Source: Terriglobia bacterium
GTDB lineage: Bacteria > Acidobacteriota > Terriglobia > JAJPHL01 > JAPKYU01
Direction: 5' to 3'
DNA: 64,000 nt
NCBI GenBank assembly: GCA_965206645.1
Contig: CBDBKE010000004.1
Location: forward strand, 960,001-1,024,000
The notes under the pieces were generated by a model. That model searched no databases, had not been told where the DNA came from, and saw only the letters and a list, made by a program, of their open reading frames with translations. The position numbers and the translations under genes were made by a program. Shown here piece after piece: positions 21,714 through 31,386 of the stretch (positions are counted from its first letter, which is position 1; each line of letters begins with the position of its first letter).

Positions 21714-23237
21714 ATGTCGCTCGCACTTCCGAATCAGGCAGAACCGCCTCTGGTGCTGGCACTGGACGTAGGCACCTCTTCGGCCCGCGGGCTGCTCTAC
21801 GACCGGCTGGGACGCGCGCTGGAGGGACTTTCTGTAAGACAGGAATACCAGGTTCGAACCAGCGCGGAAGGGGCTGCCGAATTGGATGCCGACCAGCTGG
21901 TGGTGAGCATCTGCAGCCTGATGGATGGGCTGTTGGAGCGCGGGGCCGAGGCGGTAGCCAACCACGGCGTCGCCGCCGTGGCGCTCTGCACCTTCTGGCA
22001 CAGCATGGTGGGAGTCGGCGCGGAGGGCCGGGCCATTACGCCGCTCTATACCTGGGCCGATGCGCGCAGCAGTCAGGCGGCCGAGCGGCTCAACCAACGA
22101 CTGGATGCGCAGGCCGTGCACGCCCGCACCGGCGCCCTGCTGCACTCCAGCTATTTCCCGGCTCGCCTGGCATGGCTGGGAGAGACGCAGCCAGAACTCC
22201 TTCGCCGAGTGGCCTGCTGGATGTCGCCTGGGGAGTACTTGCACTGGCGGCTGTTTGGGCGTTCGCTGTGCAGCGTCTCGATGGCGTCCGGTACCGGCCT
22301 CTTCTGCCAGAATGAATGCCGCTGGGACGAGGAATTGTTGGCGGCACTGCCGGCGCGGGTCGAGCAGCTTTCCCCGCCTGCGGAACTTGATACGCGGCTG
22401 GAAGGCCTCTGCCCACCCTACGCCCGGCGCTGGCCTGCGCTGGCCCGCGCACCCTGGTTTCCGGCGCTGGGAGACGGTGCCTCCAACAATATTGGCAGCG
22501 GCTGCACGACTCCGGACCGTGTGGCTTTGATGGTAGGCACATCCGGGGCGATGCGCGTAGTTTGGGAGACGGCGCGGGTTGAGATTCCTGAGGGCCTGTG
22601 GTGCTACCGCGTAGACGGCCGGCGTTTCGTGTTGGGCGGCGCGCTCACCGGCGGAGGAGATGTATTTGCCTGGTTGCGCGGCCTGCTGGCCTTCAACGGC
22701 GCGAGCAATGAGGCGCTGGAGCGCTCCCTCGCCGAGCTCGGCCCCGACGACCATCACCTTACCTTTCTGCCGTTCCCCTCTGGCGAGCGCAGCCCAGGCT
22801 GGGCCGGCCATGCCCGCGCGGCCATCACCGGGCTGACTTTCCACACCCAGCCCATTAACATCTTGCGCGCCGGTCTGGAGGCCGTGGCCTACCGATTCGC
22901 CTTGGTGACCGAGCAGATGCAGCAACACCTGCCGCCGGCACGGGAAATTGTCGCCTCGGGCAGCGCGCTGCGCGCATCGCCCGCCTGGACCCAAATGATG
23001 GCCGACGTGCTCGGCCGTCCCGTAACCATTTCCGACGAACCGGAAGCTTCCAGCCGCGGCGCCGCTCTACTGGCGCTGGAATCCCTCGGCTTGCTGACTA
23101 GCCTGGAAGACGCTCCGGCCGCCCAAGGCCGCGTTTTCGAACCTGACTCCGGACGTTCGGCCCGCTACGGTGAAGGCCTGGAACGACAGAAGCGTTTGTA
23201 CACCCTGTTGATTGAGGAAGGAAAGGGCAAGCTATGA
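21714..23237 (+). CDS. gntK: Gluconokinase (FGGY family)
   Basis: LDVGTSS, TWAD, SMASGTGL, VGTSGAMR, GERSPGW. Confidence 0.88.
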   Translation: MSLALPNQAEPPLVLALDVGTSSARGLLYDRLGRALEGLSVRQEYQVRTSAEGAAELDADQLVVSICSLMDGLLERGAEAVANHGVAAVALCTFWHSMVGVGAEGRAITPLYTWADARSSQAAERLNQRLDAQAVHARTGALLHSSYFPARLAWLGETQPELLRRVACWMSPGEYLHWRLFGRSLCSVSMASGTGLFCQNECRWDEELLAALPARVEQLSPPAELDTRLEGLCPPYARRWPALARAPWFPALGDGASNNIGSGCTTPDRVALMVGTSGAMRVVWETARVEIPEGLWCYRVDGRRFVLGGALTGGGDVFAWLRGLLAFNGASNEALERSLAELGPDDHHLTFLPFPSGERSPGWAGHARAAITGLTFHTQPINILRAGLEAVAYRFALVTEQMQQHLPPAREIVASGSALRASPAWTQMMADVLGRPVTISDEPEASSRGAALLALESLGLLTSLEDAPAAQGRVFEPDSGRSARYGEGLERQKRLYTLLIEEGKGKL

Positions 23238-24358
23238 ATCCGCTGGTAGAACTACACAAGTTCGGTCACAGTTTTTGGTACGACAACATCCACCGGCGAA
23301 TGCTTACTTCGGGCGAGCTGAAGCGCATGATTGACGAGGACGGCCTGCGCGGGATGACCTCGAACCCCACGATTTTTGAGAAGGCCATTGCCGGCAGCGC
23401 CGACTACGACGATGCCATTCGTGAGCTGGTGGGCCGCGGGCTTGAGGTGGCTGAGATTTACGAAGCGCTGGCCGTGGCCGACATCCAGGCGGCCGCTGAC
23501 GTGTTCCGCCCCCTCTACGACCGGGAGAACGGGAACGACGGGTACGTCTGCCTGGAGGTCTCCCCGAAGGTGGCGCACGATACCCAGGCGACCATTGCCG
23601 AAGCCGCGCACTTGTGGAACAGCGTCGAGCGCCCCAACTTGATGATCAAGGTTCCGGCGACGCCTGCGGGCATCCCTGCGATTGAACATCTGATCGCGAA
23701 CGGCCTGAACATCAACGTGACTTTGATGTTTGCCAGCGAGACCTACGAGCAGGTGGCCACGGCCTATATCCGCGGCCTGGAGCAGCGCGCGCGGGAAGGG
23801 CGCGATGTGCGGCAGACCGCCTCGGTCGCCAGCCTGTTTGTCAGCCGGGTGGATACGGCCGTGGACAAGATCCTGGAGAAGACAGGTGCCCCGGAGGAGC
23901 TGCTCGGCAAGGCGGCCATCGCCAATTCCCGGCTGCTTTACCAGAGCTACAAGGAGATTTTTCACGGCCCGCGCTTTGCCGCCCTGCGCGCCAGCGGCGC
24001 GCGGCCCCAGCGCCTGCTTTGGGGCTCCACCAGCACCAAGAACCCGAAGTACAGCGACGTGATTTACGTTGAAGCCCTGATTGGTTCGGAGACAGTGGAC
24101 ACTATGCCCGACGTTTCCATCGCCGCCTTCCGCGATCATGGCAAGGCGCGAGCTACGCTGGAGGAAGGCGTGAACGAAGCGCGTCGGACGTTCGAGCGTC
24201 TGGCCCAGGCGGGCGTGGATGTCCCCGCAGTCATGCAGCAGCTTCAGGACGAGGGCGTAAAACTGTTTGCCGACTCCTTCGACAAGCTGATGCAGTCGCT
24301 GGCATCGAAGCGAGAGGCCCTCCTGGGCACCGCGTCCAGCGCGACCTCTGGGCGCTAG
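23234..24358 (+). CDS. tal: Transaldolase
   Basis: GMTSNPTIFEKA, NLMIKVPAT, NVTLMF, SLFVSRVD, STSTKNP. Confidence 0.95.
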   Translation: MNPLVELHKFGHSFWYDNIHRRMLTSGELKRMIDEDGLRGMTSNPTIFEKAIAGSADYDDAIRELVGRGLEVAEIYEALAVADIQAAADVFRPLYDRENGNDGYVCLEVSPKVAHDTQATIAEAAHLWNSVERPNLMIKVPATPAGIPAIEHLIANGLNINVTLMFASETYEQVATAYIRGLEQRAREGRDVRQTASVASLFVSRVDTAVDKILEKTGAPEELLGKAAIANSRLLYQSYKEIFHGPRFAALRASGARPQRLLWGSTSTKNPKYSDVIYVEALIGSETVDTMPDVSIAAFRDHGKARATLEEGVNEARRTFERLAQAGVDVPAVMQQLQDEGVKLFADSFDKLMQSLASKREALLGTASSATSGR

Positions 24359-24482
24359 CGGAACGAGGTGTCCAGCCACTTTGAAGGCAGCACGTGGTCA
24401 CGGGTCAACCGCAAGGAAAGACATGGAATGGAACCGGCAGCGGTAGGGCTGGGTTCTAGTTTCGGGTACGGGAAATCGCGCA

Positions 24483-25214
24483 TTGAGTGAGCTGCGCATC
24501 TTCGCCGATTCCGATGGCCTGTGCCGTGAGGCGGCCGAGCGGATCCTGCGAGCTGGACAGAAGGCCGTGGCAGACGAGGGGCGCTTCGTCCTGCTGCTGT
24601 CGGGTGGTCAGACGCCCCGGCGGCTGTACGCACTGTTGGGCTCGGCGGAGTATCGCGATCGCCTGGACTGGACCCGCACACACCTGTTCTGGGGAGATGA
24701 GCGCGCGGTTCCGCTGTCGGACCCACAGAGCAATTACCGGATGGTGGCTGAGACGTTGTTGTCCCGGATCGTAATTCCTGAGGACCACATTCATCGGATT
24801 CGGACTGAGCTGCCCCCGGAGGAAGCGGCCGCCAGCTATGAGCGCGAACTGCGGGAGTTCTTCGCAGGTCCTCCCCGCTTTCATGTGGCCCTGCTCGGAA
24901 TGGGTGCGGATGGCCATACGGCCTCGCTGTTCCCGGGTTCCCCCGCGCTGCGCGAACAGAAGCGCCTGGTGGTTGCCACCGCGAAGGGAAGCATTGAGCG
25001 AATCAGCCTCACACTAGCCGCGCTGAATGCCGCTCGTGAGGTCTTATTCATGGTGACTGGGACAGCCAAGGCGCCGGTGTTGGCGGCGGCGCTGAAAGGC
25101 CCCCTGGATTCAGGACTGCCGGCGGCGCTGGTGCGGCCCGCGTCAGGCCAGGTGGTATGGCTGGTGGACCGGGCCGCGACTGCCGTTCTACAACAACAAC
25201 CCCAGCAACTATGA
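24483..25214 (+). CDS. pgl: 6-phosphogluconolactonase
   Basis: LSGGQTP, WGDERAVP, LGMGADGHTASLFP. Confidence 0.95.
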   Translation: MSELRIFADSDGLCREAAERILRAGQKAVADEGRFVLLLSGGQTPRRLYALLGSAEYRDRLDWTRTHLFWGDERAVPLSDPQSNYRMVAETLLSRIVIPEDHIHRIRTELPPEEAAASYERELREFFAGPPRFHVALLGMGADGHTASLFPGSPALREQKRLVVATAKGSIERISLTLAALNAAREVLFMVTGTAKAPVLAAALKGPLDSGLPAALVRPASGQVVWLVDRAATAVLQQQPQQL

Positions 25215-25777
25215 GAAAAACCTCTGCTGAGCTGAAGAAACGGGCCAAACGGATCCGCCTGTTGTTGATGGACGTGGATGGTGTGTTGACCGATGGCCTT
25301 CTGTACTACGTCCCGGACGGGCGCGGCGGCGTGGTGGAAAGCAAGGCGTTCGACAGCCAGGATGGAATAGCGATGCGCTGGGTCCAGGAACTCGCCGGTG
25401 TCCGGATCGGCTGGATCAGCGGCCGGCAGTCGCCTGGAGTCTGCGAGCGGGCGCGCAACCTTCAGGTCGCCTACCTCTATCAGGACTGCCTGAGCAAACT
25501 CGGTCCCTTTCGCGAAATCCTCCAAGATTGCGGCGTAGCGGAAGAGAACGTCTGCTTCATCGGTGACGACCTGACCGATGCCCCCATCCTGCTGCGTGTG
25601 GGGTTGCCGGTGGCCGTCGCCAATGCGCGCCCGGAGATCAAACGGTGCGCCCGCTACATCACGCTCGCCGAAGGCGGCCGGGGCGCCGTGCGGGAAGTTG
25701 TGGAGCTGCTGTTGCGCGCCCAGGGCAAGTGGGACGCCGTGCTGGAAAAGTATAGTCTCCTGCCCGGCCGTCGCTAG
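25211..25777 (+). CDS. kdsC: KDO 8-phosphate phosphatase (HAD)
   Basis: DVDGVLTDG, IGDDLTD, GGRGAVRE. Confidence 0.9.
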   Translation: MRKTSAELKKRAKRIRLLLMDVDGVLTDGLLYYVPDGRGGVVESKAFDSQDGIAMRWVQELAGVRIGWISGRQSPGVCERARNLQVAYLYQDCLSKLGPFREILQDCGVAEENVCFIGDDLTDAPILLRVGLPVAVANARPEIKRCARYITLAEGGRGAVREVVELLLRAQGKWDAVLEKYSLLPGRR

Positions 25778-25933
25778 AAATCAGGCGCCAGCCTCAGCTG
25801 CAATCTTTGTCCGAAAAGAAATGTCCAAGATCGCAACCCGTTCAGCGAAAGCCGATCTGGCCAGGGTTGGGTTAGGTACCCAGAAGCACGCGGACCTGAT
25901 TTTGAAGAGGCCGCAGGTCATTCCCTGCCTTTC

Positions 25934-28657
25934 ATGAAGTGCATCGCCATCACTGCCCTGTTGTGTGTGCTGTGCGCCTCGGCGGCGAGCCTAGCAGCCG
26001 AGCGCAGCCGCTCGCTGGACGGGGAATGGGAGTTCCGCACGAACATAGGCGCCTGGCGCACCGCCAGGGTGCCGCTGCCCATCCAGGCGCAGTTCGAGGA
26101 CCTGCGGGACTTTTCCGGCGTGGCCTGGTACCGCAAGCGCTTTGTCGCTCCCGGTTCCACGCGCGGGCGGACGGTGCTGCTGAAGTTTGGAGCGGTGGAC
26201 TACAGGGCCGTGGTGCTGGTCAACGGCCGGGAGGCTGGCCGGCACGAGGGCGGCTACCTACCTTTCAGCCTCGATATCGGGCATCTGCTCCAGCCCGGCG
26301 AGAACGAGATACTGGTGCGCGTGGAGGATCCTGGCTCGCAGCCCGAGATTCCGCACGGCAAGCAGAACTGGTACCTGCAGGTCAGCGGCTTGTGGCAGAG
26401 CGTGACCTGGGAGCTGCGCCCTCGCGACCGAATTGAGTCGTTCCGGATCACGGCTGGTGCCGACGGGTCCTTCCGGGCGGAGGTCCGGCCCGCAGGCAAA
26501 GCGCGCCTGGAGATCCGCGATCCCGGGGGCCGGGTCGTGCACCGCGGCGACCTGGAAGGGAAGCTGAAAAAACCACGGCTTTGGTCGCCGGCTTCTCCTG
26601 AGCTGTACACAGCCCGTGTCCGCCGGGGACGCGACAACGTGGAGACTCGCTTCGGCTTCCGTACCTTTGAAAAACGCGAAGGGAAATTTTATCTGAACGG
26701 CAAGCCGTTCTACATCCGGGGCGCGGTGGACCAGGGGTTTTACCCCGAAGGCATCTATACCCCACCGTCCAAGGAGTTCCTGCTGAAGCAGTTCCACAAA
26801 GCGCGCCAGCTCGGCTTGAACCTGCTGCGCTGTCAGCTCAAGGTGCCCGATCCGCGCTACCTCGAAGCAGCCGACGAAGTTGGGCTGTTGGTCTGGTATG
26901 AGATCCCCAACTTCGATCGGCTCACCGAGGACTCGCGCCCGCGGGCCGAGGAGACGTTGCGCGGGATGCTGGAGCGTGATGCCAACCACCCCAGCTTGGT
27001 CATCGTCAGCCTGTTCAACGAGAGCTGGGGGATTGACCTGGGGCGCGCCGACCAGCGCGCCTTCCTGGAAAGCTTCGTCGGGCGCGCCCGCAAGCTGGCC
27101 GCCCCGATGCTGGTGGTGGACAACAGCCCCTGCTGCTCCAACTTTCACCTGGACACCGACATTGCCGATTTTCACCGGTACAATTCCATCCCCGACCAAG
27201 CCGCCATGTTCGGGGCCTGGGTGAAGCAGTACGGGAGTCGTCCCAAGTGGCTGTACAGTGTGCACGCGGACGCGCGCGGTGCATCTTCCGATGGCGGAGG
27301 GGACGACGCGCCTCTGGTGGTTTCCGAGTTCGGCAGCTGGGGGTTACCGCGGCTGCCAGACAAGCCGCCCTGGTGGTTTTCGCGCGGCCGGCCTGGCTCT
27401 CAGCAAGCCATCACGGTCCCGGCGGGCGTCGAGGAACGCTTCCGCCAGTGGAAGCTTGACGCGGTCTTCAGGGATTACGCAGCGCTGGTAGAAGCCACGC
27501 AATTACACCAATGGCGTTCCCTCAAGCATCAAATCGAGGTCATCCGCGCCGAGCCGGCCATCCAGGGCTACGTGATCTCCCAGTTCACCGACGTGAATTG
27601 GGAAGCGAATGGCCTGCTGGACATGGATCGCAATCCGAAGGTGTTCGGCGACGTCTCGGCCGCCTTGCAGGCCGACGACCTGATCCTGCCTGGCATCGCC
27701 CCGCGCAATGTTTTCGCGGGCGACGAAATCCGGATCCCCGTGAGCTTCTCACACTACTCGGCCTTGCCGACGGCCGGCACCGTGCTCATTTGGGAGCTGG
27801 AAGGCACCGAGCAGGGCGGCTCCCTCCCACTACCCGAGATCACACGAGGGGAAGTGAAACCGGTAGGCGAAATCGTCGTCAAGATCCCGCAGATCCACAC
27901 GCCAGGCAGGTTCTTGCTGAAGCTGAATGCCGGAACCCGGGTTCGCAATTCTCTGGAGCTATTTGCCTACCCTGTGCCAGTGGAGCCGAGAGAGGTATAT
28001 GTCCACGACCCCGCTAAACGCTTGGCGCTGCCGGGCGCCAAACTCCTGGCCGAAGCGCCTCCGGGCCGGGTGGTGGTGACCACGGTGTTCGATGCTCAAG
28101 TGCGGCAGTACGTGGCCGCCGGCGGCAAGGCGCTGGTGCTGGCCGAGCACCCCGAGGCATTGCCAGCGTTGCCTGCGCTGAAACTTGAGCCGCGGCGCGG
28201 CACCCCACGCGAGGGCAGCAGGATCACCAACTTCAACTGGTACCGCAAGTACTCGCCGCTGTTTGCCGGAACGCCCGGCAACGGGCTGCTGGGTTGGGAA
28301 GCAGCTCAGGCCACTCCGGAACTGGTTCTTGTGGATGTTCCCACTTCGGCCGCTCGTGACGTGTTGGCAGGCATGTTTGTTGGTTGGATTCACCTGCCTG
28401 CGGCTTACGTGGTGCAGGCGCGGCTGGGCCAGGGAGCAGTGCTGATCTCCACGTTCCGGCTAGCCGGCAACTACGGCCGCGACCCGTTCTCCACACAGTT
28501 GCTCCACAACGCCCTCCGCTACCTAAACTCCCCAACCTTTTCCCCGCAATTCCGCTTGTGCCAAGCAAAGATAACGCCTCACCCGAGAAATACAGCCCCC
28601 ATCAGGCGCCAGACGAATTCCGGCAGAGTCGTACAGAAATCAAAAGGAGAGGCGTAA
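25934..28657 (+). CDS. Secreted glycoside hydrolase family 2
   Basis: FGAVDY, HEGGYLPF, SGLWQSV, NHPSLV...NESWG, SEFG. Confidence 0.9.
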   Translation: MKCIAITALLCVLCASAASLAAERSRSLDGEWEFRTNIGAWRTARVPLPIQAQFEDLRDFSGVAWYRKRFVAPGSTRGRTVLLKFGAVDYRAVVLVNGREAGRHEGGYLPFSLDIGHLLQPGENEILVRVEDPGSQPEIPHGKQNWYLQVSGLWQSVTWELRPRDRIESFRITAGADGSFRAEVRPAGKARLEIRDPGGRVVHRGDLEGKLKKPRLWSPASPELYTARVRRGRDNVETRFGFRTFEKREGKFYLNGKPFYIRGAVDQGFYPEGIYTPPSKEFLLKQFHKARQLGLNLLRCQLKVPDPRYLEAADEVGLLVWYEIPNFDRLTEDSRPRAEETLRGMLERDANHPSLVIVSLFNESWGIDLGRADQRAFLESFVGRARKLAAPMLVVDNSPCCSNFHLDTDIADFHRYNSIPDQAAMFGAWVKQYGSRPKWLYSVHADARGASSDGGGDDAPLVVSEFGSWGLPRLPDKPPWWFSRGRPGSQQAITVPAGVEERFRQWKLDAVFRDYAALVEATQLHQWRSLKHQIEVIRAEPAIQGYVISQFTDVNWEANGLLDMDRNPKVFGDVSAALQADDLILPGIAPRNVFAGDEIRIPVSFSHYSALPTAGTVLIWELEGTEQGGSLPLPEITRGEVKPVGEIVVKIPQIHTPGRFLLKLNAGTRVRNSLELFAYPVPVEPREVYVHDPAKRLALPGAKLLAEAPPGRVVVTTVFDAQVRQYVAAGGKALVLAEHPEALPALPALKLEPRRGTPREGSRITNFNWYRKYSPLFAGTPGNGLLGWEAAQATPELVLVDVPTSAARDVLAGMFVGWIHLPAAYVVQARLGQGAVLISTFRLAGNYGRDPFSTQLLHNALRYLNSPTFSPQFRLCQAKITPHPRNTAPIRRQTNSGRVVQKSKGEA

Positions 28658-28673
28658 ATCGGTTTGCCTGTCG

Positions 28674-31382
28674 CTAGGCGGTGCGCATGACTTCTTCGCG
28701 GGTGCCTTCCAGAACCACGGCCTGGGCAGCAGCCAGCCGGGCGATGGGCACCCGGTAGGGCGAACAGCTCACGTAGTCCAACCTCGCGCGGTGACAGAAC
28801 ATCACCGAGCTGGGCTCGCCGCCGTGCTCGCCGCAGATACCCACTTCCAGGTCCGGTCGCGTCTGGCGGCCGCGCTGGGTGGCCATCTCCACCAATTGTC
28901 CGACGCCCTCCTGGTCCAGCACGGCAAACGGGTCGTTCTGGAAAATCTTCTGCTTGAGGTAGGCTTCCAGGAACTTGAAGCTATCGTCACGCGAGAAACC
29001 GAAGGTGGTCTGGGTCAGGTCATTCGTGCCAAAGCTGAAGAACTCGGCGTCGCGAGCGATCTGGTCGGCGGTCAGGGACGCGCGGGGCACCTCGATCATG
29101 GTGCCCACCAGGTAGCGCACCCGGAGGCCCTGTTTGGCGAACACCTCCTCAGCCACCTTGTCCACGATCTCCCGCTGCAGGGTGAGTTCCTTGCGGATGC
29201 CCACCAGCGGAATCATGATCTCCGGAATCACCTTCTTCCCTTCGCGGGTGACGATACAGGCCGCTTCCAGAATGGCCCGCGCCTGCGTCTCGGAGATCTC
29301 CGGATAGACGATCCCCAGCCGGCAGCCGCGGTGGCCCAGCATGGGGTTGAGCTCGTGCAGTTCCTCCACCCGACGCAACAGCGTTTCTTTCTCCTGGAGC
29401 TTCTTCTTGGGCGCCTTTTTGGCCCTCAGCAGGGCGATCTCCACCATCAGCTCTTCGCGCTTGGGGAGGAACTCATGCAGCGGGGGGTCCAGCAGGCGAA
29501 TCACCACCGGATAGCCGTCCATAACGCGGAACAGGCCAACGAAATCCTTCCGCTGCATGGGAAGCAGCTTGGCCAGAGCCTTGCGCCGCTCCTTCTCGGT
29601 CCGTGCCAGGATCATGGCCTGCATGTGAGGCAGGCGCTCGGCGGCGAAGAACATGTGCTCGGTGCGACACAGGCCGATGCCTTCCGCGCCGAAGCGCCGC
29701 GCCACTTCCGCGTCGCGGGGGATGTCGGCGTTAGCGCGCACGCCCAGGCGGCGCACTTCATCAGCCCAGCTCATGAAGGTGGCGAAGTCGCCGCCGGCCG
29801 GGTCGGGATCGAGCGTCCGTGCCTGGCCGAGGAGGACCCGGCCGTTCGAGCCGTCCAAAGAAATCCAGTCGCCTTCCTTGATGACCAAGCCGTCCACCGA
29901 CATGCGCTGCTTCTCGGCCTCGACGGAAATGGCGCCGGCGCCGGCTACGCAGCACTTGCCCATGCCGCGAGCCACCACCGCAGCGTGACTGGTCATGCCG
30001 CCGCGGGAAGTGAGAATGCCCACCGCCACTTCCATACCGTGGATATCATCGGGCACGGTCTCGGCGCGCACCAGCACCACCGGCTGGGTCTTGCCCTTGG
30101 CCACCGCATCGTCGGCGTGAAACACGGCGCGGCCCACGGCGGCGCCGGGTGAAGCCGGCAGGCCGGTCGCCAGCAGCTTCAGCCGATCTTTGCCGTTCGC
30201 GGCCAGCACGCCTTGGGTGTCTTCCGCGAGAATCGGGTGAAGCAACTGGTCGAGCTGCCCGGCCTCGACCCGCATCAGCGCTTCTTCCTTGCTGAGCAAG
30301 CCCTCGTTCACCATGTCCACCGCGATCCTGATTGCAGCCTTTCCGGTGCGCTTGCCGTTACGGGTTTGCAGCATGTACAGCTTGCCCTCCTGGATCGTGA
30401 ACTCGAAGTCCTGCACGTCCTTGTAGTGCCGCTCCAGGCGGGTGGTGATCTGGTGCAACTGCTGGTAGACCTCCGGCATGATCCGCTCCAGTTCGCGGAT
30501 GGGCACCGGGGTGCGGATGCCCGCCACCACGTCTTCACCCTGCGCGTTCATCAGGAACTCGCCGTAGAACTCGCGCTCGCCGGTCGAGGGGTTGCGGGTG
30601 AAGCCGACACCGGTGCCACTCGTTTCGCCCAGGTTGCCGAAGACCATGGCCTGCACGTTGACCGCCGTGCCCAAGTCGCCGGGGATGCTGTTCATCCGGC
30701 GATAGTGGATGGCCCGCGCGTTGTTCCAGGAACGGAAGACAGCGTCGCGAGCCATCAGCAGCTGCTGGCGGGCGTCCTGTGGGAAGGGCCGGCCTGCCTC
30801 GCGCTTCACCAGCTTCTGGTAGTCGGCTGCCACCCGCTCGAGAGCGGCTGCGTCCAGCTCTGTGTCTAGCCGGGCGCGCGATTTCTTCTTCTGGCCCTCG
30901 AAAATGTGGTCGAACTCATCCTTCTTGATCTCCAGTACCACGTTACCGAACATCTGGATGAAGCGCCGGTAACTGTCCCAGGCAAAGCGCGGGTTGTTGG
31001 TCCTGCGGGCCAGCGCCTGGACGCTCTGGTCGTTTAGGCCCAGGTTCAGGATGGTGTCCATCATCCCGGGCATGGAAAACTTGGCCCCGGAGCGCACGCT
31101 GACCAGCAGCGGGTCGTCCGCGTTGCCCAGGCGCCGTCTCTGCAATGCCTCCAGCCGGCTGAGGGCTGCGGCCATCTGGGGCTCCACCTCGGCTGGCAGG
31201 CTGCCGTCCAGTGCGAAGTAATCGAGGCAGGCGCGGGTGGAAATGGTGAACCCCGGCGGCACGGGCAGTCCCGCGTTGCTCATTTCCGCCAGGCCGGCTC
31301 CCTTGCCGCCCAGCTCCTCTTTCATCCTGCCGTGGCCCTCGGCCTGGCCCGCTCCAAAGAAGTACACGTACTTCGTCTTCAT
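28674..31382 (-). CDS. ppdK: Pyruvate, phosphate dikinase
   Basis: LGGKGA, SMPGMMDT, GGMTSHAAVVARG, GLCRTEHMF, GTNDLTQ. Confidence 0.98.
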   Translation of the reverse strand: MKTKYVYFFGAGQAEGHGRMKEELGGKGAGLAEMSNAGLPVPPGFTISTRACLDYFALDGSLPAEVEPQMAAALSRLEALQRRRLGNADDPLLVSVRSGAKFSMPGMMDTILNLGLNDQSVQALARRTNNPRFAWDSYRRFIQMFGNVVLEIKKDEFDHIFEGQKKKSRARLDTELDAAALERVAADYQKLVKREAGRPFPQDARQQLLMARDAVFRSWNNARAIHYRRMNSIPGDLGTAVNVQAMVFGNLGETSGTGVGFTRNPSTGEREFYGEFLMNAQGEDVVAGIRTPVPIRELERIMPEVYQQLHQITTRLERHYKDVQDFEFTIQEGKLYMLQTRNGKRTGKAAIRIAVDMVNEGLLSKEEALMRVEAGQLDQLLHPILAEDTQGVLAANGKDRLKLLATGLPASPGAAVGRAVFHADDAVAKGKTQPVVLVRAETVPDDIHGMEVAVGILTSRGGMTSHAAVVARGMGKCCVAGAGAISVEAEKQRMSVDGLVIKEGDWISLDGSNGRVLLGQARTLDPDPAGGDFATFMSWADEVRRLGVRANADIPRDAEVARRFGAEGIGLCRTEHMFFAAERLPHMQAMILARTEKERRKALAKLLPMQRKDFVGLFRVMDGYPVVIRLLDPPLHEFLPKREELMVEIALLRAKKAPKKKLQEKETLLRRVEELHELNPMLGHRGCRLGIVYPEISETQARAILEAACIVTREGKKVIPEIMIPLVGIRKELTLQREIVDKVAEEVFAKQGLRVRYLVGTMIEVPRASLTADQIARDAEFFSFGTNDLTQTTFGFSRDDSFKFLEAYLKQKIFQNDPFAVLDQEGVGQLVEMATQRGRQTRPDLEVGICGEHGGEPSSVMFCHRARLDYVSCSPYRVPIARLAAAQAVVLEGTREEVMRTA

Positions 31383-31386
31383 TGCC

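Noticed and set aside
21396-24379. Long antisense ORFs over gntK and tal (similar ones over ppdK and the DUF885 gene)
   Set aside because: Expected from GC-rich codon bias; no motifs or ribosome-binding sites.
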